Origin: Lachnospiraceae bacterium UBA4711
Lineage (GTDB): Bacteria; Bacillota; Clostridia; Lachnospirales; Lachnospiraceae
Reading direction: 5' to 3'
NCBI GenBank assembly: GCA_002404515.1
Contig: DHJV01000111.1
Span: 1-63,442, forward strand
DNA: 63,442 nt
Shown: positions 10,247 to 18,407 of the stretch, in pieces
Numbering within the stretch: position 1 is the first letter of the stretch
Layout: each line of letters begins with the position of its first letter
Notes under the pieces: model-generated
Databases searched by the model: none
The model's input: the letters and a program-made list of their open reading frames with translations, nothing else
What the model was told of the DNA's origin: nothing
Program-made: the position numbers and the translations under genes

Positions 10247-10999
10247 ATGATTACATATAAAATATATTCGGATATAGGAAAACGTGAAGTGAACGAAGAT
10301 AGTGTTGGTGAACAGGAAAAGGACGGAAATTATTTGTTTGTTTTAGCGGATGGCCTGGGTGGACATGGACACGGAGAATGTGCATCAAATCTGGCTGTGA
10401 CAACTTCTTCGGAAATGTTCCATGGGGAGTATTTTCAGGGGAAAAATGAAAAAGAATTTCTGGCACAATGCTTTGACTGTGCGCAGGATATTATCACGAT
10501 GTCACAGAAGGAGACACGCGAATATGCAGATATGAAGACAACGATGGTGCTGCTTCTGATTTCGGGAAATCGTGCTTATTGGGGACATATAGGAGATTCC
10601 AGATTATATTATTTTAAGAAAAATAAGATGGTTACGCGGACGCTGGATCACAGTGTCCCACAAATGCTTGTCAGCACTGGAGAAATCAAAGAAAAGGATA
10701 TTCGTGGACATGAGGATCGGAGCAGGTTGCTTCGGGTTGTGGGGAGTCCGTGGATGAATGGACATGCGTATGATATCTCGGAAGGGATAGATTTAAACAA
10801 GTCACAGGCTTTTTTACTTTGTTCGGATGGATTCTGGGAGCAGATCACGGAAAAAGAGATGATGCAGTGTCTGAAGAAGGCGGATACGGTAGATGCGTGG
10901 CTTGATCGCATGGTTGAGATAGTGAACGAGAACGGAAAAGGGTCGGATATGGACAACAATTCGGCGATTGCGGTATGGGTAGAGCCGGAGAATAAATAA
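10247..10999 (+). CDS. PP2C/PPM-family Ser/Thr phosphatase
   Basis: GKREVNED, VLADGLGGH, TT, HIGDSR, DHS, LLCSDG, DNNS motifs; AAGGAGG RBS. Confidence 0.95.
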   Translation: MITYKIYSDIGKREVNEDSVGEQEKDGNYLFVLADGLGGHGHGECASNLAVTTSSEMFHGEYFQGKNEKEFLAQCFDCAQDIITMSQKETREYADMKTTMVLLLISGNRAYWGHIGDSRLYYFKKNKMVTRTLDHSVPQMLVSTGEIKEKDIRGHEDRSRLLRVVGSPWMNGHAYDISEGIDLNKSQAFLLCSDGFWEQITEKEMMQCLKKADTVDAWLDRMVEIVNENGKGSDMDNNSAIAVWVEPENK

Positions 11000-11014
11000 A
11001 GAGGGGTAAAAGGT

Positions 11015-12022
11015 ATGAATAAGAGAAATATATGCTTTAGCATTCTTATAACAGTGTTTTCGTTGATGGCAGTAATTACGATGTTTCTGCCATATTTCCG
11101 GATTGGAACAACGGAAGTCAACGAGGCATTTGATACAACCTTTGATGGAATTGCACAACTGGATTCTGTATTTGAAGATGGTGGTTCCGGAGATTTGCTG
11201 CCATCCAGATCAGGTGTGAAATTATTGAAGAATGTCATAGATATTCCGACGGATCAGACATACAACTACATTTCCGGCTTGAAGAGACTGGTTGTAAGTA
11301 TGTTACTGGTTGCGTGGATAACAGCAGTTGCGGTGATTGTAATTGCATGGGTATTAAAGAAAAAAGCAAAATATATTGCCGGGATGACATTGTCTGCGGT
11401 TTCAATCGCAGCGTCGCTTACATTGTATATATCAGTTCCAGGTATCGCAAAGAATGCGTTGGTCGAGGCAATAGAGAAAAGTCTGTTTAATGATACTGGT
11501 ATATATGAAAATTTGCTCGGCAGCTTTGTAAAGGAAACCGTCCTTTCATATATTGGAAGGTTCTGCAGACTATTATTGCAGCATTCGGTACAGATAGGAT
11601 TCTGGCTCCTGATTGGCATGATGGGGGCAGTATTTATTGCATCTTTGGTCGGACTGATTCTGGAGTTTGTTCGGGGAAAAGTAGAATTGCCGTCAGCGGG
11701 AGAAGTTGCACAGGCTGTATCTGCAATGATATATGGAATTAAAGGAGAGTATGCGGGTGCAGAGGCAGCAGTGGGAGATGGAATTGTTATTGGGCGTGAT
11801 CCGGCTGCGTGTCAGTTGGTTCTCAATAAGGATAGAGTGAGCCGTAGACATTGTAAGATTGCATATAATCCGGCGAACAATACATATGTGGTAACTGATT
11901 ATTCCAGCAATGGAACTTATATATCCGGGAAAGCAATGCAGAAAAATCAACCGATAGAAATACCTGCCGGAACGATGATTCAATTGGGTAAAGATGGAGA
12001 TATATTCCGTTTGGGGAAATAG
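11015..12022 (+). CDS. Multi-pass membrane protein with C-terminal FHA domain
   Basis: About four hydrophobic segments; FHA 'IGRDP...VSRRHC...DYSSNGT'. Confidence 0.85.
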   Translation: MNKRNICFSILITVFSLMAVITMFLPYFRIGTTEVNEAFDTTFDGIAQLDSVFEDGGSGDLLPSRSGVKLLKNVIDIPTDQTYNYISGLKRLVVSMLLVAWITAVAVIVIAWVLKKKAKYIAGMTLSAVSIAASLTLYISVPGIAKNALVEAIEKSLFNDTGIYENLLGSFVKETVLSYIGRFCRLLLQHSVQIGFWLLIGMMGAVFIASLVGLILEFVRGKVELPSAGEVAQAVSAMIYGIKGEYAGAEAAVGDGIVIGRDPAACQLVLNKDRVSRRHCKIAYNPANNTYVVTDYSSNGTYISGKAMQKNQPIEIPAGTMIQLGKDGDIFRLGK

Positions 12023-12038
12023 ATAAGAGGGATGAACT

Positions 12039-14207
12039 ATGAAGAGAAGATGTCTGAATTGTATGAAAGAATTTGGAATACCGGAAGGACAAGAGCAGAA
12101 TCATTTTGCTTGCCCCTTTTGCGGATATAGAGAGGGAACGCCGCCGAAGGAGATAACGTATTTGTATCCAGGAACGATTTTGCAGAATCGTTATATTATC
12201 GGAACCACTCTCGGAGCAGGTGGATTTGGAATTACATATAAGGCGTGGGATACAACGTTAGAGATGGTTGTTGCGATCAAAGAATATTATCCGGCAGGTA
12301 TGGTACAGCGTGTGCCGGGTGATCCAAATCTGATCGTGTATGGAGGCAGACATCAGGAAGAGTTTTATTCCAACCTGGAGCGTTTCCTGGAGGAAGCGCG
12401 AAAGATGGCAATATTTGAAAAAAGTAAAAATATTGTCCATGTTGAAAATCATTTTGAAGCAAATAATACGGCGTATATCGTCATGGAATTTCTTGATGGA
12501 ATTTCCGTAAAGGAATTTATGAAACAGGAAGGCGGTAAGCTGGATATTGAAACAGCGTTAGAGATTGCATTTGCAGTTTCAGAAGCATTGCAGGAAATTC
12601 ACAATGCATCAATCCTGCATCGGGATATCAGTCCGGATAATGTATTTTTGTGTGAGGGAAACAAAGTTAAAGTCCTGGACTTTGGAGCTGCAAGATTATC
12701 GGATACAGAGAAGGAAGTGACACGTTCAATTATTTTGAAACCAGGATTTGCGCCACCGGAACAGTATCAGACAAAGAGTAAGCAGGGACCATGGACGGAT
12801 ATATATGCGCTGTCTGCGATGTTGTATTACTGCATAACCGGTGTCATGCCAGACGAGAGTACAAATCGAAAGATAGAGGATACGGTTGTTGCTCCGAAAG
12901 AATTAGATCCGTCAATACCGGATTATATCAGCGATACGATTATGCGTGGAATGGCAGTCAATGAGGCGCTGCGGTTTCAGAATATTGGTGAGTTTCAGAA
13001 AGCACTTTTAAAAGAAAAAAAGGTTGTTGACGATAAAACAGAGCTGAAAAAAAGAAAGAGAAGACGTGTGTTTACGATAGCAGCTGCGGTTCTTTTGCTG
13101 GCAGTCGGAGGGTTCGCGGCATGGCGTATCTATGACAGCAAGGATCCGGTTCTGAATCCGGCGACGATCACAGTCTGGGTTGCATATTCCGGAGATGAGG
13201 ATGCGGATTCAGCGAAACAAATGATGGAAGAGATGTCGGATATGTTCCAAAGTGATCAGGCTGCCGTAACAGTTTCCGTAGAAGCAATTCCAGAGGAACA
13301 ATATGCTGACAGACTGGAACAGGCAAAGGCAGATGGAACGATGCCAACAGTATATCAGGCGGAGTATGCATCAGAAGAGATACAGAATTCGGCTGCATCT
13401 GTAAAACCGGTTTATAACAGTATGGATAATCTGTCGGATTATTACTTCCTGAAATCATATAAAAAGAGGTTGATAGAGGAAAAAGAGGTTCCACTTGGGT
13501 TCAACATTCCGGTCGTGTATGTGCGCCGGTCGGATACGGTAGATGCATCTTCTTTTGAACTGAGTCGAATATCAGACATACAGGAATCACAGTATTATAT
13601 GGATTCTGCATATGCAGATATGCTGATCAACACTTTGGGAGGTAGTTATCATTATGAAAATGGTCTGGTTATGGATAATGCCGCAAAGGAACTGATACAG
13701 GATGTAGTGAAACATACGAAAAGCAATATAAAACTTGAAAATAGTGAAAAGGCGATGGATGGGTTTGCGAATGGAACGGTTTCTTATTATCTGGCATCTG
13801 TGCGGGAATTGCAGACATTTAATAAAAATGTAGTTGGATTGTATGAGATGCGGCCGATTCAGTCAAATACCTTGTGTGGCCGATTCACGAATGCGTATAG
13901 CATCAGTGGAAGTGCCAGTAAAGATGAGATTGCGGCTGCCAGAGTCTGGCTTCGGTACATGCTGGAGGAGGGACCGCAGAAGACCTATCATCTGGTGCAT
14001 CGACATGCGATACCACTGCAGAAAGATGCATACAGAGTATATGTGGATAATAACAGTAAGCTAAGTTTGATTGATGAATATTTAGATAATCTGAAATTCT
14101 ATCCGGAGAATGAAAAAAAGCTTGAAACACTGACGGCGGATTTGTGGAAGCAGGTTGTGCTAAAGCGAACAAAAACCATTGACGAATGGTGTGAGGAACA
14201 AAAATAA
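12039..14207 (+). CDS. Zn-ribbon/Ser-Thr kinase/TM/extracellular solute-binding-protein-like domain
   Basis: CLNC...CPFC; GAGGFG, AIKE, HRDISPDN, DFG; TM after KKRKRRR; 'ITVWV...VTVSVEAIPEEQYADRLEQAKADGTMPTVY' resembles family-1 sugar-binding proteins (SBP call less certain). Confidence 0.88.
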   Translation: MKRRCLNCMKEFGIPEGQEQNHFACPFCGYREGTPPKEITYLYPGTILQNRYIIGTTLGAGGFGITYKAWDTTLEMVVAIKEYYPAGMVQRVPGDPNLIVYGGRHQEEFYSNLERFLEEARKMAIFEKSKNIVHVENHFEANNTAYIVMEFLDGISVKEFMKQEGGKLDIETALEIAFAVSEALQEIHNASILHRDISPDNVFLCEGNKVKVLDFGAARLSDTEKEVTRSIILKPGFAPPEQYQTKSKQGPWTDIYALSAMLYYCITGVMPDESTNRKIEDTVVAPKELDPSIPDYISDTIMRGMAVNEALRFQNIGEFQKALLKEKKVVDDKTELKKRKRRRVFTIAAAVLLLAVGGFAAWRIYDSKDPVLNPATITVWVAYSGDEDADSAKQMMEEMSDMFQSDQAAVTVSVEAIPEEQYADRLEQAKADGTMPTVYQAEYASEEIQNSAASVKPVYNSMDNLSDYYFLKSYKKRLIEEKEVPLGFNIPVVYVRRSDTVDASSFELSRISDIQESQYYMDSAYADMLINTLGGSYHYENGLVMDNAAKELIQDVVKHTKSNIKLENSEKAMDGFANGTVSYYLASVRELQTFNKNVVGLYEMRPIQSNTLCGRFTNAYSISGSASKDEIAAARVWLRYMLEEGPQKTYHLVHRHAIPLQKDAYRVYVDNNSKLSLIDEYLDNLKFYPENEKKLETLTADLWKQVVLKRTKTIDEWCEEQK

Positions 14208-14221
14208 AGGGAGATATCGAT

Positions 14222-17197
14222 ATGGCTGATAAGTTATGTATGGGTTGTATGGAAAACTATAATGATAAATATGATGTTTGCCCATATTGTGGTTATGTGG
14301 ATGGAACAGCGCCGAAAGAAGCGTATCATCTTATACCGGGAACCATAATTGAAGGTAGATATATTGTGGGAAAGGTAATTGGAAATGGTGGGTTTGGTGT
14401 AACATATATAGGATATGATGCTGCGTTAAATCAGAAAATTGCCATTAAGGAATACCTACCGGGAGAGTTTTCAACCAGAGCTATGGGGTCACCGGATGTG
14501 ACAGTTTTCTCTGGAGAGAAGGAAGAACAGTTTGCAAGTGGAATCATAAAGTTTGTTGAGGAAGCAAGACGGCTTGCGAAATTCAAACATACGCCGGGAA
14601 TCGTGGATATCCACGATAGTTTTCAGGCGAATCATACGGCGTATATCATTATGGAATATATTGATGGAGAGACGTTGAAAGAAAAACTGGAACGGGAAGG
14701 TAGGATTCCGGTTGATGAAGCACTGAATATTATGATGCCAGTGATAGGGGCATTAAAAGAAGTGCACAAAGAGGGGATTTTACACCGGGATATTTCTCCG
14801 GATAATATCATGATCTCGAAGACTGGTGAAGTGAAGATCATTGATTTTGGTGCGGCACGATTTGCGACAACAACGCATAGTCGTAGTTTGTCTGTGCTTG
14901 TAAAGCCAGGGTATGCGCCGGAAGAACAGTATCGGAGCCGTGGGGATCAGGGAACATGGACGGATGTGTATGCCTGTGCGGCAACGTTGTATAAGATGAT
15001 CACGGGTGTGACGCCGGAAGATGCGATGGAACGTCGCAACAAAGATACATTGCTTCCACCATCCAAACTGGGAGTTAAGATCCCGAAGAACAAAGAGAAT
15101 GCGATTATGAATGCTTTGAATATTCGCATCGAGGATCGTACACAGACGGCAGATGATCTGGAAGCGGATTTGTTCGGTGACCAGGAAGTTAAGCGGAACA
15201 AGATTCATTTAAAGAAGATGGATATTGGTAAATGGCCAATCTGGCTGAAAATTATGTCGGGCATGGCGGCCGCTGCAGTGTGTGTATTTATTGTATTGCT
15301 GGTGACGGGCGTTATTAAGTTTGCAGATTTGTTCCATTCTAACCGGGGGCAGTTGGAAAATGGATATGTATATGCACCGGAAGTAGTAAACATTGCTTTG
15401 GCAGAGGCAGAAAAGACGGTCGGTGATGCTAATCTGATCACACAGATTACTGATAAGCAGCATTCCGATGAGATTGCAGAGGATATGGTGTTGCAGCAGA
15501 ATATTCCATCTGGAACAGTTGTACAAGAAAAAACGGTAATGGAACTGGTAGTAAGTGCCGGATATGAGAAGGGATATATGCCAGATATTGTCGGATTATC
15601 CAAGGATGAAGTGATGAAATTGCTTTTGGATATGGGATGGGATGAGAGTGCAATAACTTTTGAAGATGTGGAAAGCGAAATTGCTCCTGGTTATGTTGCA
15701 AAACAGGATGTGGAAGAAGGAACAGCGGTTAAAATCGGTGAAAAGATAACGATTTATCTGTCAAAGGGTGTTGATGGATATGACACGAACAACAATACAA
15801 AAGTTCCCAATCTTGTAAAAGACAAATGGTCTGATGCACAGAGCAAGGTAAAGGAAGCAAAATTGTATTTGTATAAATCTGGAACGGATTATAGTAACAC
15901 AGTTCCAAAAGGGTGCGTTATATCTCAGAATCCCGAAGCGGACACAGAGGTAGTTGAAGGATCGAAAGTAGGTGTGGTTATCAGTCTTGGAAAGCAAGAG
16001 GATGCAATGGTACATGTACCGGATGTCCAATATAAGAGCAAATCAGAGGCAATTGCATTGCTGCAGGCACAGGGACTTGAGGTGCAGACAAAGAATGAGG
16101 AAAGTGATTCTGTACAGAAAGATCATGTTATTCGTCAGAGTGTTGCAGCAGGAACAGAAGTGCAGGTTGGAACAACTGTGGTAATTTATATAAGTTTGGG
16201 AAATCCGAATGCAGTAATTACGTACGATCCAACGACAACACAGGCAAATGTGACAACTGAAAACAGCACAACGGAAAAAACAACAGCTTCAGCGGATAAT
16301 AAACCTTCAGATTCTTCGGGAAAGACTACGACGCAGGTAACTACAACAGAGACAAAGCAGGAGGAAGAGGTAGTCGTGAATCCGGTTACAACGACGGAAG
16401 CTCCACCACAGCCAGATCCCGAAGCAGGAAAGATTAAGGTCCCAAATCTGGTAGGAAAAACAGAAGCAGAGGCAAGAAAGAGCCTTAGCGATAAAAAGCT
16501 TTCTGCAGGAGCAGTTACATATCAACATAAAGAGGGCGCCACAGATGGAACGGTGCTTTCACAGGGAATAGAGCCAGATACAAAAGTTGCAAAGGAAACA
16601 GTTGTTAATTTTGTTGTTTGTGATAATACAAAGGTTAAATATTATCGCTATAGAGATGTGAAATCTTATGATGAGAAAACATCAACTTCAAGTGAAACGC
16701 CTCCTGCTGGCTATGAATATGTAAGAAGTCAGAACAGTACAAGTTATGGAGATTGGGGTGGCTGGTCTGATTGGGGAAAGAATGCAGTGGGATCAAGTGA
16801 TACTTGTGAGGTTCAAACAGAATCTGGAGCGGATTGTGGTTGGTATTATAATCCGCAGAATGGCACATTTAATGACAAAAATGTTAATGGAGTATGTACA
16901 AGACAAGAATACATTGCACCGTGGTCTTCGTTATCGCAAATGAATCCATTCCAGTGGGTTACAGGCGGAACCGAACGGTGGTGCTTAAATGGAGGTATTG
17001 TGTATCGACATGTTTCTGGTACGGGTGAATGGACGTGGTCAGGTACTATATATCGGTACAGACAAAGAAGCAAAACAGTTACGACTACTTATTATTTCCG
17101 AAAACCTGTTTATGGTTCGTGGAGTTCGTGGAGCACGAGTAAACCAGCATCGTTGTCGACGAGAGAGATAGAAACGTCGGAGGAATATAAATACTAA
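14222..17197 (+). CDS. Zn-ribbon/Ser-Thr kinase/TM/multiple PASTA/Trp-Arg-rich C-terminal domain
   Basis: CMGC...CPYC; full catalytic motifs; TM; about five VP[DN]-type PASTA repeats; C-terminal YRYR and WxxWSxW motifs. Confidence 0.93.
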   Translation: MADKLCMGCMENYNDKYDVCPYCGYVDGTAPKEAYHLIPGTIIEGRYIVGKVIGNGGFGVTYIGYDAALNQKIAIKEYLPGEFSTRAMGSPDVTVFSGEKEEQFASGIIKFVEEARRLAKFKHTPGIVDIHDSFQANHTAYIIMEYIDGETLKEKLEREGRIPVDEALNIMMPVIGALKEVHKEGILHRDISPDNIMISKTGEVKIIDFGAARFATTTHSRSLSVLVKPGYAPEEQYRSRGDQGTWTDVYACAATLYKMITGVTPEDAMERRNKDTLLPPSKLGVKIPKNKENAIMNALNIRIEDRTQTADDLEADLFGDQEVKRNKIHLKKMDIGKWPIWLKIMSGMAAAAVCVFIVLLVTGVIKFADLFHSNRGQLENGYVYAPEVVNIALAEAEKTVGDANLITQITDKQHSDEIAEDMVLQQNIPSGTVVQEKTVMELVVSAGYEKGYMPDIVGLSKDEVMKLLLDMGWDESAITFEDVESEIAPGYVAKQDVEEGTAVKIGEKITIYLSKGVDGYDTNNNTKVPNLVKDKWSDAQSKVKEAKLYLYKSGTDYSNTVPKGCVISQNPEADTEVVEGSKVGVVISLGKQEDAMVHVPDVQYKSKSEAIALLQAQGLEVQTKNEESDSVQKDHVIRQSVAAGTEVQVGTTVVIYISLGNPNAVITYDPTTTQANVTTENSTTEKTTASADNKPSDSSGKTTTQVTTTETKQEEEVVVNPVTTTEAPPQPDPEAGKIKVPNLVGKTEAEARKSLSDKKLSAGAVTYQHKEGATDGTVLSQGIEPDTKVAKETVVNFVVCDNTKVKYYRYRDVKSYDEKTSTSSETPPAGYEYVRSQNSTSYGDWGGWSDWGKNAVGSSDTCEVQTESGADCGWYYNPQNGTFNDKNVNGVCTRQEYIAPWSSLSQMNPFQWVTGGTERWCLNGGIVYRHVSGTGEWTWSGTIYRYRQRSKTVTTTYYFRKPVYGSWSSWSTSKPASLSTREIETSEEYKY

Positions 17198-17219
17198 ATG
17201 AATACAAGGAGATAAACAC

Positions 17220-17921
17220 ATGTTAAGAATTGGCATTTGTGATGATTCGCAACATGACAGAGATTTAATCCGTGAAACAGTTGGAAAGGCTCTTTTTGAT
17301 TATGAAGAAATTGAGATTACAATCTTTACATCGGGAGATAAAGTTATCAAGTCAATAGAACAGGGGCAGTTTGATTGTGAATTGCTTTTGTTGGACATTA
17401 TGATGGATCCTGTTAATGGCATGCAGGTTGCTGAATATATTCGTACAAATAAGGTAGATGTGGATATTATTTTCATTACACGGTCTACGCAATATGTATA
17501 TCAGGGGTATATATATAAAGCTTTTTCCTATGTGCTAAAGGAACAAGCGGGTAAAGACATGAGTCGAGAAGTGCGGAGATATGTAGATGAATTGAATGCT
17601 TCTGAGGAGTGCCTGAATGTAATTTCAAAGGGGAAAGCCAGAAGAATTCCTATTAATGCCATTCATTATGTTGAAAGCAACGGACGGTTGTTATTGTTAC
17701 ACTTAGAAAAAGAAGACGTGCCATTTTATGCAAAAATGGCAGAGATTGAAGTCGTTTTGGGTGAACGAGGATTTATTCGGACTCATCAGAGTTTTATGGT
17801 TCGTAAAGCAGATATATGTAGCATGACGCGTGAACGGGTAAATTGTGGAACATATGCTGTACCAATCAGTAGACGTTATTATCAGGAAATTAGAGATCTT
17901 TTCGATGGAGAAAGGAAATAA
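17220..17921 (+). CDS. LytTR-family response regulator (REC + LytTR), no cognate histidine kinase in window
   Basis: ICDD, LLLLDIMM (phospho-Asp), FIT, YVLK; LytTR FIRTHQSFMV...PISRRY. Confidence 0.93.
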   Translation: MLRIGICDDSQHDRDLIRETVGKALFDYEEIEITIFTSGDKVIKSIEQGQFDCELLLLDIMMDPVNGMQVAEYIRTNKVDVDIIFITRSTQYVYQGYIYKAFSYVLKEQAGKDMSREVRRYVDELNASEECLNVISKGKARRIPINAIHYVESNGRLLLLHLEKEDVPFYAKMAEIEVVLGERGFIRTHQSFMVRKADICSMTRERVNCGTYAVPISRRYYQEIRDLFDGERK

Positions 17922-17932
17922 GGAGAATGAAA

Positions 17933-18295
17933 ATGCCAAATTCAAAAATCACAATAACCAGAAGTCTGGCTCTCAATCGGGAAAGCACAGGGGCAATTAT
18001 TGGAATAAAAGGATATTTGTTAGGTAAGATTATTCGGTTAAAGCCAGATCAACGTGTGCTGCTTGGACGGGACGCGTCACAGTGCGACATTCTCTTGATG
18101 GGTGATATGGTAAGTCGTGTACATTGTTCAATCTATTTTGATTTGGGAAAAGGAAAGTATATTGTAAATGATTTATCAACCAATGGGATTCTTGTTGATC
18201 AAAAATATATGTTAAAGAAGAGACAGAATACGGAATTGCAACCGGGAAGCCAATTATTTATAGGCAGTGAAGACAATGTAATTTGCCTTGGATAA
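17933..18295 (+). CDS. Stand-alone FHA domain protein
   Basis: LGRD..QCDI...VSRVHC...DLSTNG; ATG 17933 has the better RBS spacing. Confidence 0.88.
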   Translation: MPNSKITITRSLALNRESTGAIIGIKGYLLGKIIRLKPDQRVLLGRDASQCDILLMGDMVSRVHCSIYFDLGKGKYIVNDLSTNGILVDQKYMLKKRQNTELQPGSQLFIGSEDNVICLG

Positions 18296-18363
18296 TACAA
18301 AAATTACAGTAACCATGTCAAAACTTACGATGGTGATCAAAAAATCATAGTATGCGATATGAT
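18296..18363 (+). promoter_or_regulatory. Putative LytTR-type box plus -10 upstream of the CHAP gene
   Basis: TACAAAAATTAC (18296) / GTCAAAACTTAC (18317), 21-bp period; TATGAT at 18358. Confidence 0.5.
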
Positions 18364-18407
18364 GATCTCAACACGAAATAAGAACCAATATGAGGGAGGT
18401 CATTCAT

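Noticed and set aside
1706..17197. Diversity-generating retroelement behind the paralogous repeats
   Set aside because: No reverse transcriptase in the window; differences between copies are mostly synonymous changes at all bases, not adenine-specific.
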